64,000 nt of DNA from Podarcis erhardii (lineage: Eukaryota). The stretch lies in the NCBI GenBank assembly GCA_964252035.1, contig OZ176207.1. The stretch is one strand, 5' to 3'. A program made the translations under genes and the position numbers. The notes under the pieces were generated by a model. The model had not been told where the DNA came from. It did no database searches and saw nothing but the letters and a program-made list of their open reading frames with translations. Positions 35,401 through 48,316 of this stretch are shown here, in pieces (positions within the stretch are counted from its first letter, which is position 1; every line of letters starts with the position of its first letter).

Positions 35401-38112
35401 ATTTATAAGGCTGCCCTATAGCAGTTTTCTGGGTGGCTCACAAACCAAACCAAGCAGTAAAATACAGCATATTAAAAACCTATGATGAATTAACTAAAAG
35501 TTGATGCACAATTTACAACTCAAGGTATAAAATAAAAGCAAGCTACATACAAAATATCAATTACTGTTGTGAATGTGTATATATATTTCCCACACAGCTG
35601 AAAGGTTAGGTACCACATTGCTCTAAAACATGTTCGGATATCAGATGCCAAATACTAAATGCCAAATTAACCAGGTACAAAGACTCAAAACCAGTTCACT
35701 GAAATGATGGCCCTGAAAGCTATTCACAAACTATCAGGGGTGAGAACTGGCCTGGAGCCAGACGCTTTCTGGCAACCTCTCCTTTACTCTTGCAATCTCT
35801 GGGCTTCCTGGTCCTTCTTCCAGCACCCTCTCCACATAAAGCTGCAGTTTATCACTGTACCCTAAAACAACTTCATGCCTATAGCATCTAATTGTGTAGC
35901 AGAATGCACCCTGAGCACTGAACACTGCAGATTCAAACTGGTGCAGCAATCATTCCCTAGGAATTGTGCTTCCGGCTCAGTTCTCAATGAGGTTGTACAC
36001 CTGAGTCTGGGCTGTACCACTTCAGACTGCAAGTGGGGACTCAAGATGGCTGTATGCTCCTCCATGCCAGCCACCCCATGGTTAGGATCCATCTTCCTGA
36101 CATCTAGCTTTGACAGAGCTCTGAATTCTTTGTACGCAGGAACATTCAAAGATGTGGGTTTCATCTGCAATCTGAAATGGTACAGCCTAGAAACAGATTA
36201 ACCATCTTGGTGAGAACTGGGCCTTTGTGAGGAAATCTTACAAACAAGACACACAACGTGCTCTCTTCAGAGTGAAAATGTTCATGAATATTTCAAAGGA
36301 AACTAGCATGTACATATAATCCCAGCAATTAACATATTCACTGCCAGCCTTCTGCTGTTACACAATAACAAGATAAAATGAGTGTCACACAAGTGCTACC
36401 TAATGTTATCAGTGATCAGAATATGAGAGGAGCCTGGGAATGAAGGGAATTTGATGCCTCCTAGGCAGTTTGCCTATGCCTGGTATTTTAGGGGGGGAGA
36501 CTGTTGGACAGAATGGGGATGGGGTGCAAGACAACAACATTTAAGTCAGGCTGAAAGTAGCCTGCCACTTGTGATTGCCAAAAGAAAGCTGAAGCCTGAA
36601 ACTTTAGGTAAAACCTTGAGAATCAGAAACCCTAAAGCACAATAGCTTTGTGCAGCTGGTGGAAGAGTCAGGAAAAAGCTTACCTATGTAGGTGTTGACC
36701 AGTGTGCTTTGTAGGCACTGTGAGAAAGAACCTGGCTATTGTTGTTGTTATTTCTGCTCCTCCTCCTCCTCTCTACACAGTAGCTTTTCTGGATTGCAGG
36801 CAAAATCTCTAGTTAATGTTCACTTTCATACAATAACATATTGCATTATCTTTTCACTTATTGACTATAGATATGAACTCTATGATGGGGCTGCCTATGT
36901 TTTCCTGGACATTCAACAGGGAACACATTATCTTAGTATCGTAGCATCTCTGCTATCTCCCACCTGATCAGGGACAACATGGAGGGGGGGAGCTGAGCCC
37001 CTCCAATTAAGCAGGGGGCTGGGCCCCCTCAATATTCTGCGGCCTGCAAGCTATCTGAAGGCAATCCTGTATAGGGAAGGGAGGTTTTTGTGTTTTTATA
37101 TATGTTGGAAGCTGCCCAGAGTGGCTGGGGCAACATTTTGCACTTGCTATAGGGTGGGGTATTCTTTACCATCTACCCAGACTTACTGTGTAATAATATT
37201 TACAGAAAATAACTTATAGTGAGTACCTGATCTTAGACCAACTCACCACAGGAAAGATGCATCCTGTTTTGTAGAAAGAACAGATTGGCTAAATAACAGA
37301 AATTCCAAGGACTAGAAAATGAAACAAGCAGGGCAGAAAAGTGCACTGGATGGAAGAGGGAAATGGCAGCTCTTTAAGACACCAGTTATTCTATAGCCTG
37401 GTGTCCAAACAACTTACTCATCAATCACAGCTCTGACGTCACTCATTTGCTAAAAACACTGAAAGGGGGGGATAGCTGGGCTGGCTCACTCCCTCACTTA
37501 GAAGGGTACTCACACATTTTGCTTGATAACTTCATTTCTAGAAGGGCTAGGCGCTTACATTTTTTAAATGAAAACTCAAAGTCTGGGTCCTCTGACAAGC
37601 ATAGGCCCCAGAGCAATATCCGCAACCCCCTCAATTTCTTAAAATAACAAGCACAGGGCCCTTCATTGGGAACAGAAGCACCAAACCAAGTGGCAACAGC
37701 TGCCACCTTCTCCAACAGTCCCAGGGCCTCTGGGCCTCACTTCAACATAGTGGTGCTATATTGGGGCCCAGAAGCACTGAGGGGAAATGAAAACGTCATT
37801 TCTCAGTATCAGGGCAAGGGAGCACCATCTCTCCTCATCACCCCCATGCTGCTGCCCATCCTTGCCTCCACCTGCTGCGGCCTCCAGATAAACTAATTTG
37901 GGGGTGCACACCTGGTGGCTGGTCCTGTGTGTAGGCCTCCTTCTGAAAGGCATCCATGCTCAGGCTCTTTCCCAGAAGTCTCTTTTGTATAGAAGAGCAT
38001 CTTCCATGGAAGGCTGCTGCCATTGCTTCCATAGAAAGTGCCATTTCCCCCTACCAAATTAGTCTGAATGAGAAGCCATCAGAGCCCTGTTCTAATGTCT
38101 CTTCTTCTGCTA

Positions 38113-38154
38113 CTACTCCTACTCCTACTCCTACTCCTACCCCTACTCCTACTC
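38113..38154. repeat. (CTACTC)n hexamer repeat
   Basis: Direct reading. Confidence 0.9.
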
Positions 38155-38750
38155 ATGTTTGGCTACATAGAGAATAGGTTCAATTCCACCATACACATAA
38201 GGAAAAGGAATAAGTCTTACATTTCCATCCCATCATAGATGAATATCAAACAGACATACATCAGAAGCTAGGCCCCCAAGGAAATGTTGAAGGTGATCTC
38301 CCTTTAGCGTCTTGAAGAAGCACCCAAGCCAAAAGGCCTCCCAATACACATCCAACCCATTATTTACACAGCATTACTGTTTCCTTACATATGATTTTTC
38401 GTAAAACATAAACTTACTGGGAACTATCATTCTTCAGAGGCAATGACTATGCAACCCAATGACAGCTGACCACATTGATCTGACCCAGAGCAGAAAGAAC
38501 AAACCACCCAACTCCATGTAATGTAGGAAGGAAACAACACATGCACAGGAGTTAAACAGGCGGGGCGCTTAATCATGCTATTAAATGACACAGCACTAGA
38601 TGGAGACAGAAAACAGGAAAAAGAATGTGTTCTACAGGAACTACCCTGTTTCCGGGTAGAAAGACATTGAGTGGTCTGCCTTTAAGTCAACTTAAGCTCA
38701 GAGCTGGGATTTCCCAACTTTGTTGGAGAAGGACAACAAGCATACATTAC

Positions 38751-41195
38751 CTCAGAGGACACCAGAAGCCTCTTATTTGTGCTTATTAGCTGGTTATATA
38801 TTGCAGGGTCACATCTTGTGATAGTACTCTGGCGGCTCCCCATAGGGCTGGGAGCAAAGGGCATTTTGTACAGAAGTTCACTCTGGCGAGAGTCCGTGGT
38901 GAGGACCTGCTGGTAGAAGTTTGGAGGAGTAAATCCACTCCGCACAGTGTCTATGTGGTTGAAAGGCCCCGGGGTTCTATAAAGGGAGCTTCTGGAGGCT
39001 TTGAATATATCCTTGGATTGCCTCCACTTGTAAAATTTATAAATCCCCACCCCAACCACGGTGACAAAGAAGGCCACTGAGATCAAGATGACAGCAATGA
39101 TTAAATAGAAAGTCAAGTGCTTCTTTGTTTGGGGTGTGGTGGACACAGCAGTCAAGTCTGTCAGTGTCTCCCTAGATGTCTCTGCTACATCTACAGCAAG
39201 GGTCACTGTGGAGGACAAGGCAGGCTCCCCATTGTCTTTTATTAAGATGAGCAATGTTTGCTTGCGAGAATCTTCCTCTTGCAGAGAACGAGCTGTGCTT
39301 ATCTCCCCAGAATGCAGCCCCACAGTGAACAGCCCTGGGTCAGTGACCTGAAGGAAGGAATACGAGAGCCAGGCATTGTAACCAGAATCTGCATCCCAGG
39401 CCACAATTTTTGTGACCATGTAACCAGGGCTGACTGTGGGTGAGATGACTTCTGAGAGCGAAGAACTGTTGTTTGAGTTTGGGTATAAGAGCCTGGGTGC
39501 ATTGTCATTCTGATCTGTGACAAAAACATTGACAGTGATGTTAGTGGCGAGAGGCGGGAGGCCAGCATCACGAACCTGGACCACTAGCCTGAACTCCATG
39601 GTGCCCTCATGGTCCAAGGGGACTAGGACATATATGCTGCCATTTTCCCGGTTAATAGAAAAATACCTGCCCGCCAAGTCTCCCGAGGACATGGGACTAT
39701 CCAGGATGGAGTAGGAAAGGTGGGAATTCCGGTTCAGATCCGGGTCAGAGGCACTGATGTTAAAGATCAGGGCCCCTGGAAGGTTGTTTTCCTCCACATA
39801 CACATCATAGGAGGATTGTGGAAATTTAGGAGGGTTGTCATTTACATCAGATACTTTAACCAGTATTTGCTTTTCTGCCATGAGTGAGGGTGTGCCTGCA
39901 TCCTGAGCTGTGATGGTGATGTTGTACTCAGAGACAAGTTCCCTGTCCAAGGGTCCTTTGGTCTGTAAGGTATAATAGTTTTTAAGGGAAGAGCTGAGGG
40001 CAAAAGGGATCCCAGAAGGTATAAAGCAATTTACTAGGCCATTATCACCAGAGTCCTGATCCGTGACACTCAGCAACGCAATCACAGTCCCTGGAGCAGC
40101 GTCTTCTGGTATTGGGCTGTACACCGACGTCACTGTTATTTCTGGGGTGTTGTCGTTCACATCCACAATCTCTACCAGCACTTTGCAATGAGCGACACCA
40201 GGATTTGAACCCTTATCTTTTGCCTGGATATAAATCTCATAAAATTTGGCTTCTTCAAAATCCAGCAACCCCTTCAGCCTCAGTTCTCCAGTGGCAGAGT
40301 CTAGGGCAAAGAGCTGTCGGACTCTGGCAGGGGTGTGACTGCTGAAAGAGTACACAATCTCCCCATTGGGGCCTTCATCCAGGTCGAAAGCGCTGGTTTG
40401 GACAACCAGGGTGTTCAAGGGTGTGTCTTCTTTCACGCTGGCTCTGTAGATGGACTGGTTGAAGACAGGAGCGTTGTCATTTGCATCCAGGACGTCAACC
40501 AGCACCTGCAAGCTGGCCGATCGGGGTGGGGTCCCTCCATCCATCGCCGTGAGAACCAGCTGCACTTCCCGCTGCTGCTCCCGGTCCAGCTCTTTCTCCA
40601 GCACCAGCTCCGCATACTTCGTCCCGTCGCCTCGCGTCTGCACGTCCAGCACGAAGTGCGGGTTGGCGCTGAGCTGGTAGGTCTGCAGAGAGTTGCTTCC
40701 CACGTCGGGGTCCTGCGCGCTCTCCAAGGGGAAACGCGCTCCGGGGATCACCGACTCGCTGATCTCCAGCTTCATTTGCTTGCTCTGGAAAGCCGGGTCG
40801 TTGTCGTTGACGTCCTGGATCTCCACGGTCACGCCGTACAGCACCAGCGGGCTCTCGGCCACCACCTCCAGGCTCAGCGCGCACGGCGAGAGGGCCCCGC
40901 AAAGTTCCTCGCGGTCGATGCGCTCGCTCACCAGCAACTTCCCGCTGCCCAGGTCCACCTCGAAGTACTTTCGTCCGCCGCCCGACACCACGCGGAGGTT
41001 CCTGGCGGGCAGCTGGGCGAGATCCAGGCCCAGGTCGCCCACCACGTTGCCCACCGAAGAGCCCCTGGGCATCTCCTCGGGGATGGCGTAGCGCGTGGCG
41101 GCCAGCGCCCGCTCCGAGACGCCCAGCCACAGCCAGAAGCCCACGACTGGCAGCCATCGCGCTCTCGGCCGGCTCCTTCCCGCGGCGCCTCTCAT
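38751..41195 (-). CDS. PCDHGC3: Protocadherin gamma C3 variable exon (815 codons)
   Basis: Gamma-C3-specific stretches: AHCKVLVEIVDVNDNTPEITVTSVYSP, SSSLKNYY, QSSYDVYVEENNLPGA, and cytoplasmic YKWRQSKD..SSLYRTPGP..TTDSRQS..SRQST..CDP. First ATG at 41195 (the track start is TTG). Donor GAG|GTAATG. Confidence 0.95.
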
Positions 41196-41950
41196 CTCCC
41201 GGCCTCGCAAAGTTTCTTTCTTTTTGCGGGGGCGGCGGCGAGGTCCCTCTAAAAGTTTTCAGCCGTCCCTTCCATGCGGCCGCGACCCTGCCCGCTCCAG
41301 GCTCGCCTCGCGCGGACTTGGGGGCTCGGGCATTGCTCGGCGGCGCGGCGCTCCGGCGGCGGGACTGCGCTCCGTCTGTTGCTGGCGCTCAACTCGCGGC
41401 GGCGGCGGCGGCGGCGGCGTCCCACTTCGCGCTGCTTCGCCGCCAGCATCGCCGGGTCAACAGCGGCGCGCAGAGTCGCGACCATTAACTGCAGGAGAGG
41501 CCGCTCCCGCTCCGCCTCCCCGGCTCGCCGCCGGGACTCCGAGGCACGAGGCGCACGGCACCATCCAAGCGGGGCCGGCGGGGCCCGGTGGACTTCTTTT
41601 TTCGGGGGGGGCGGGGGTGTTCCTCGGTGAAAGGCTTGTGGAGGCTGCCCCCTAGGCTGCACAGCCCTCCCCGCTCTGCCGCCGCGAGAGGGGGCGAAGG
41701 GAAGCGCGGACCAAGGAGGCAGCAAGGGCTCATTGTTCTCGCTGGGGAGCGTGGAGGAAGGGCTGGACCCCGGACGCTTCCCAGGGATCGGGAGAGAGAT
41801 GCCCGCCCGCCTGCCTCCGGTGCCTCCGCCTCTGGCTCCCTCGCTTACGCTCTCCCGGCGTGGCGGCTCTGTGGGGCAGCCCAGTGCTCCCCATGCACAG
41901 CACTGCTCAGGGAGAACCCGCAAGCCCCCCAAGGCGGTGGAAGCTTCCCC
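40430..41950. promoter_or_regulatory. CpG island over the PCDHGC3 promoter and EC1-EC2
   Basis: Very high GC and CpG density, including a (GCG)n run at ~41397-41418. Composition changes sharply near 40430. Confidence 0.85.
41455..41495 (-). promoter_or_regulatory. CSE/CTCF site of the PCDHGC3 promoter
   Basis: Minus strand CCTGCAGTTAATGGTCGCGACTCTGCGCGCCGCTGTTGACC aligns with the 55931-55975 element; ~260 bp upstream of the ATG. Confidence 0.85.
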
Positions 41951-42439
41951 CCTCTCTCTCTCTGCTCCCCAATCTGCTGCCCAAAGGGAAAGGGGTGAGC
42001 AGGAAGATGGCAGGTTATTTTATTATGATTTTGTTACAGGACTTTCTATACTAACCTTCACTGGAAACCCCCAGGATAGTTTGTGTGTGCGTGTGCATGG
42101 ATTAAAATGCAGACAATATACAGTAGAACAGTAATAAAACCCAGGGATCTTATGCAAGCAAGCAAAGAATCCACAGGGCTAAAATCAGCTCTAAAAGGGC
42201 TGGGGAAAAGTAAAAGTCTACCTGGTGCTGGAAGGATGACAAAATAGGTACCAGATAGCATTTCACAGCTGAGGCACCACCACTGAGAAGACCCTTTCTT
42301 TGGGGAGCAGCTGCCTTGTCTCAGTTTGTATGGCTGCCCCCAGAAGTCGTTCTGTTGAAGTTCTGAATGTTTAGGCCAACACATAAAATATCCTGGGTCC
42401 TAAGCTGGAAAAGGCTTTAAAAGTCAAAGACAGCACTTG

Positions 42440-42600
42440 GGCTCAGAAATTGGGAGCCAATGCAGCTGGCATATAGCACCACTGTTACACTATCCTAATA
42501 AGGTTGGTGATCCAGCAGCTGCATTCCGAACTAGCAGCAATTTCCAAGCCATATTTCAGAGGCAACCCCACAGAGAGTGTATCACAGTAGTCTAACCTGG
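42440..42600 (-). mobile_element. L2 LINE RT fragment
   Basis: Minus strand gives RLDYCxTLxVGLPLK..WKLLLVxNAA-like L2 ORF2 sequence. Confidence 0.65.
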
Positions 42601-42976
42601 TACAGCACAATCAATCACAAGACACAACATACACACACCATTTCAATGGCAATGCCTATGAACTTTGGGGGGCCCCAGTCCCCTCAAATATTTTAGGGGA
42701 GCCTAAGGGACCTCAGTCCCTAGGAGTTGGCTCCTATGAACTTGGAAGTTATCAGAGTACAGATCACTGATGCTAAGCTAAACTTACAATTGCTGCTTGC
42801 TCTCTCTCAACTCCCTGCTACACTGGCCAGGGACAGAAGGTGAGGGGACCTGGGGAAGTAGTGTCTGCTCCTCTCACTTGCCTTTGCTCTCACCATAGGT
42901 GGTGGGGTTTGGCTCCACAGGGAGAGCACAGGCAAAGGGCAGAAGCAACCATTACACTGCACCAAAGCTTGCTTAG

Positions 42977-42982
42977 CGCGCG

Positions 42983-43015
<33 letters not shown>
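42977..43015. repeat. (GC)n followed by (CT)n microsatellite
   Basis: GCGCGCGCGC followed directly by a CT run. Confidence 0.9.
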
Positions 43016-43018
<3 letters not shown>

Positions 43019-43369
43019 AGTATGGCAAGAAGATTTAGGCCAGTGATCATCACAAGAAGAAGCCACTGCTGCTTCAGTTTGCTCATCTGCAAACCCCACC
43101 CTAGAAGAGAATGCGTGGGAGCCAGGGCATGAGACAGTCTAAAGAAGTCACCTCAGGTGGTGGAATCCCTGCAGAGATGCCCCCGCCCCCTGTTGCCACC
43201 AGAGTAGTGAAGAGAAGCAGAGGCAGTGTCTTCCAAGTTCCAGTGAGGTATTGCAAGATCCCACAGAGGCCTCTGGAGGGCTTCTCATGGGGCTCTCACT
43301 AGAACAGTGCCAGATTAGGGGATTGCAAGCAGTTCTCCTGTACAGGGCTCTGAGCCAAGGGGGCGCAAA

Positions 43370-43415
43370 ATAATAACAATATTATTATTATTAATAATAA
43401 TAATAAAAAAAATAA

Positions 43416-43446
<31 letters not shown>
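43370..43446. repeat. AT-rich compound microsatellite (TTA/TAA/TAAA)n
   Basis: Direct reading. Confidence 0.85.
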
Positions 43447-44058
43447 TTATATGTGTTCCTACTAAGAAGATCAGCAAAAAAAATACAAAAAGGAATTATT
43501 GTGATGATAAGAAATATTTTTTTCTTGGGGGTGGGGTGGGGAGACACACACCAAATTTTGTACTTGCTCAGGGCACCATATTATCAAAGTCCACCCCTGG
43601 CTGGAACCCAGAAGCTACAGCTACATGACCCCATAAGTGAGCCTTGCGTGGGGGCAGCAGGTGGCACATATGTAGGGGCAAAATGAGATGGGCCACCTCT
43701 GGTGGGGGCCTGTACTTGCTTGCTTACCCTTCCTCTTGATCTAGATGGCACAGTGGGGAGGATTGGTTCCAATCTCCAGCATTGCACCATCCCACAGAAT
43801 GCAGGGGAGTTAATGAGAGGAAGAGGAGGCTGCTTCTGATATGAGCAACCACTTGCACATTTCTGCTCTGAGTTTGGACACTGTGAAGACTGGGGCAGCC
43901 AAGCTGCACCAGCTAGAGACTGCAAGTAGTCACAGAGTCGTCCTTCTCAGACAAGGGGGATTAGAACAGCCAAGTCTCAGGATGCTTCCTTTTCTTCAGT
44001 CTAGCTTTGTGACTATGGGACAGGAATAGTAGTTATTCCAGATGAATGAACCTGAAGT

Positions 44059-44522
44059 ATCATAGAATCATAGAGTTGGAAGAGACCACAAGGGCCATCG
44101 AGTCCAACCCCCTGCCAAGCAGGAAACACCATCAGAGCACTCCTGACATGTGGTTGTCAAGCCTCTGCTTAAAGACCTCCAAAGAAGGAGACTCCACCAC
44201 ACTCCTTGGCAGCAAATTCCACTGTCGAACAGCTCTTACTGTCAGGAAGTTCTTCCTAATGTTTAGGTGGAATCTTTTTTCTTGTAGTTTGGAACCATTG
44301 CTCCGTGTCCGCTTCTCTGGAGCAGCAGAAAACAACCTTTCTCCCTCCTCTATGTGACATCCTTTTATATATTTGAACATGGCTATCATATCACCCCTTA
44401 ACCTCCTCTTCTCCAGGCTAAACATGCCCAGCTCCCTTAGCCGTTCCTCATAAGGCATCGTTTCCAGGCCTTTGACCATTTTGGTTGCCCTCCTCTGGAC
44501 ACGTTCCAGTTTGTCAGTGTCC
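44059..44522 (-). mobile_element. Young 5'-truncated CR1 LINE
   Basis: Intact ORF2 C-terminus ([31 protein letters not shown]...[20 protein letters not shown]), 3' UTR and (ATTCTATG)n tail. Nearly identical to the copy at 10589-10746. Confidence 0.95.
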
Positions 44523-45059
44523 AGAGGCCTCTGTGGGATCTTGCAATACCTGACGGAAATTTGGTGTTATGTGATACAAGCCATTAAACAGTGTTGGGAG
44601 GTACACTGATGCATGTTTACCAACAATTTCTAGGATGGAGCAGTGTTTAAGCTGAGCCCTTCCCTTCTTCAGCTGCAGCTAAATCATAGATTTACCCTCC
44701 AAGGGGTTGAGCAACAGTCTTGAAGCATTGCTCTTGAAGCATTGCTCTTGCCCCTGCTTGCTCCTACCTGCTCACTCCTGCATCTCTACCCACCCTGTTC
44801 AACTGGCCAGCGCTCAAGGCAACTGATCACCTACCTATCCTGCTTCCCTGCCAATGGGAGTTCTTAGCAGCTGGTATTGGAAACATTATGCACATCCCAT
44901 TTATGATCACAGGTAGCTGTTTCCATTATGCAACAGTAGAGTGCCTATCAGTTAAATAATTGCTGGAATATATAAAACTGGCTGACAGTGTATCAGACCA
45001 TTAGCCCATCATTGACTACTCCAACAGGCAGCAAGTCAAAGACCTTGGGAGAACATCTT

Positions 45060-45140
45060 TCATAGAATCATAGAATCAAAGAATTGTAGAGCTGGAAGGG
45101 ACCCAAATGGTCATCTGGTCCAATCCCCTGCAAAGCAGGA
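45060..45140 (-). mobile_element. CR1 LINE 3' tail
   Basis: CATAGAATCATAGAATC...GGAAGGGACCC...GTCCAATCCCCTGC, the reverse complement of the (ATTCTATG)n CR1 end. Confidence 0.7.
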
Positions 45141-48100
45141 GCCACAATAACCTCTTTAGCTGGCAGTGGGAGGAATAGGAATGGAGGACCTTCCATATAA
45201 AAAGTACCAAAGACCCCATATTTCTTCCTATCCACCAGCAGGAAAACCAGGAAAGTTGGACTTTGGTCAGATGAAATGTCTGTTCAGGGATGCTTTTTTA
45301 TAGACTTGAAAAAAGCAAGTTTGTACTGAATCTTAGGCTTAATGTGATACTCCTCCAAATCCCACTTTAACAGAATTTCCCACCAAAGGCCTAGCTTCTA
45401 AAGAACAAAATTAAATGGCCAGAAAATGGCATGGGCGTTAATGCCAATGCTAAATACAGGAATGGAGAAGCTTCTTCATAAACATTAATAGCGCAGAAAA
45501 TGGAGCTGAAAGACAGATTATTTGAAGTGCAGCAATTTCATAAGGCACACCGAAGGATGGACAGTTCAAAGATATAAAGTCTGAAAATCAATTGAGGCTG
45601 CACCATGTTAATGGTGTAAAAGAGCTTGTGTCTGTGGGCATTCCACACCACACTGGACAGTACCAGAATGACTGTTATTTTCACATCTTCTCCCTTTTTA
45701 AACATTCTCTCACTCTCTTCTTCTGCTTTAAACAACAAACAACGAACTGTCCACCTTCTGACCCAAATAAGAACCCCCAAGGTGGCATACACTTAAAAGG
45801 ATGAAATGTACACCCAGCATAATACAACAGAGAGAGCACAGAAAGCACGTGAAAAGAACAGAATGGTGCAGCAGGGGGTAAATATTCAGCACAGAGGAAA
45901 TGTTAATGCTAACAGCTCGGCTATCCAAGTTCCATGACAAGGCAAAAATGTTACTTCCCCCCCCACAAGGCCACTAGATAAGACTTTTTGCAGCGGATGT
46001 GCTTCTATGTACCCCAGCCTGTTGATTCTGAATTGAAGGTCAACAACAATGGAAAAAACTAGCAAGCAATAGTGATAGCATATGACTAGCCAAACTGAGA
46101 ATTCAATGGGAGATCTGTGATTGGATCACCCCATACACTTTGCTTTTCCTAGTTTGGATCAGTGCCACAGAATGGGAGCAAGACCTAAAAATCTTTATTG
46201 TGGCCTTATGGCTCTACTCAAACTTGCCTTCCTGGAACTGTTGTATTATGACAGCACGCTTTCCCCCTCTTTGGTTACTGGCAGCTTGGCTACTGGCCCT
46301 GATCCAAATGTCCCCACCCCACCCCCGCTGACCTAGGCCAGTAAATTTATTGGTGACGACCAGTCACAGTCCTATCACACTGTGAGCAAACGCTAAGCAT
46401 CTGATTCCCATCACCACTGCAGCGAGTTCTATGGAGGCCTATCCTTAAAGCCACAGCAGAACCATGTGGCTTGTCTCCTGAAAAGGAACGAGGCCCTTCA
46501 GTTCTGTCTCAGTTGCCCTAGGAACTGTTTGCTTGCAAGATAAATGCTAGGTCTTTTCTTTAAAGCACCACTGTGGGGCACCTATACTATTGAACCCCTT
46601 ACCAAGGAAGCCCACATGCCACCTTCATGAGTGCCACATATATATTTGTTCCAAAAGGCCTTTGTTGGCAGCTGGCACTGCAGTTTTGGTTAGCAGCCTT
46701 AATGCCACGCACACTCTCTGCTTTTATTGGCCATTGCTCTTACTTTTGCATTGTTTTTATGACTATGCTTATTGCAGGAGCTGCGGCTTATGCTGAGGGG
46801 TTTTATTGTCTGCATTATGACAGGTTGCTGCCGCTGCTGCTGCTGTGACTTGGATTATTTATTCTATTTTTTTGGTGCTGTTTTCATATTGTAAATTACT
46901 AATGTAAGAACAACAACAATTCCAACCAGTGCTGCTCACAAACCTTTGAACTGAGCCAAATTCTTCATCAGGCTACTTTTTATGTTTCTGAATGAGGTAC
47001 ATAGTGTTGATCTCTGACTGCAATTTATTTCAGTCTTAATTGAGAAATAGAGGATGTGTGTGTGTTTGTGTGTGTGTGTGTTTGTGTGTTTTACAGTCTT
47101 GAACGGACCTTTGCCTTGTGCAAATGTATCAGGTTGCACAGAAGGCAAAGAAGTAACGGAGGAACACCTACTGAAAATATAACAAGTTGATAGCCGTGGA
47201 GGAAATTTATATCAGGAAAACACCACAGGCTAAAATATCTTTCCATATTCTATGGGTCATTAGACTAAAATCAGTCATGTTAAAAGGTCTGTGTGGGTGT
47301 GCAGCAAATATCCTTTGGAAACATATGCTTGAGGAATATCCCAAATCTGATGCAACCATGCAAATCTATTCATGATTAGCTCTTGACTTCTTACCTAGTC
47401 TCTCTGGATTGTGTGAGAGAGAGGCTCCTGGGTGACAAGCAAGCTTCTACCTACGTACAACTTCTCCCTGATATATGCAGCTGGTAGCAGGGAGGAGAGC
47501 ACTATTTTCTGCACTGCAAGGGATCTTTGCCTTTGCTTTTTCCTATGGAGACACGAGTCCCACCTCAGCACTCACAAATGACATTTCTTTCATAATTTAA
47601 AGTGGATTTTCATGGTCTTCTTTCTAAAAATAGTGTCAATCATATCCATTTTATTAATATTTTTGTGATTTATGAACAGCTTTTTTGTCACACAGAGGCA
47701 AATTTTAACAACCTCAAGATTATTTAGAAGGAAATGATAAAACCAAAATTGTGAACAAATTCTAAAGACACTGTAAAATGCAGTAGAAGCAGTCTTAGAA
47801 AAAATTAAGCACTTTGGATGGGAGAGGTAAGCATATGTTTAATCTCTCCGACTGAGGTCAAAATAAGGTTGTCTCTGTAGCCTTATCTGTCAGGTTTTCC
47901 TGGATTCTAGACATGCCACCCATTGTCTGTTTGAACCCTTAACTGGCCATGTTCCCCAGATTTCAATTTAAAATAAAGAAACAAGTCTCTAGTCCTTGTT
48001 GAATGGGGCTCTGGCTCTGGCATGGGTGGCTGGCTCTGCGGTGGCAGAGAGGCTATCAGGTAATTGCCCTAAAAAAGCTCAACAATGTTTTGTGTCCGGA

Positions 48101-48149
48101 TTTTTACCTCTTGAAATATGGCAACACCACTATACAACCTTTAGTAAAT

Positions 48150-48316
48150 ATCTGAAGGCAGCCCTGCATAGGGAAGTGTTTTTTTATGTTGTATGTTTTT
48201 ATATATGTTGGAAGCCACCAGAGTTGCTAGGGCAACCCAGTCTTCTACTACTTATACTACTACTACTACTAAATAGGACGTCCCTATTTTCATCAGAGAT
48301 ATATTGGAGGGTATGA
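48150..48316. repeat. Dispersed lizard repeat (same family as 3700-4030)
   Basis: CTGAAGGCAGCCCTGCATAGGGAAG...GTTGGAAGCC..CAGAG and GTCCCTATTTTCATC..GGAGGGTATG are the reverse complement of parts of 3700-4030. Confidence 0.6.

Noticed and set aside
40335-41932. Long overlapping ORFs (305, 220, 186 and 227 aa) around the C3 promoter
   Set aside because: They are antisense or alternate-frame shadows in GC-rich, stop-poor sequence, with no recognisable domain.
43346-43360. CCAAGGGGGCGC as a CTCF site
   Set aside because: The 5' half matches poorly and it lies in repeat-like sequence.
44132-44479. 115-aa ORF as a host gene
   Set aside because: It is the CR1 ORF2 C-terminus.
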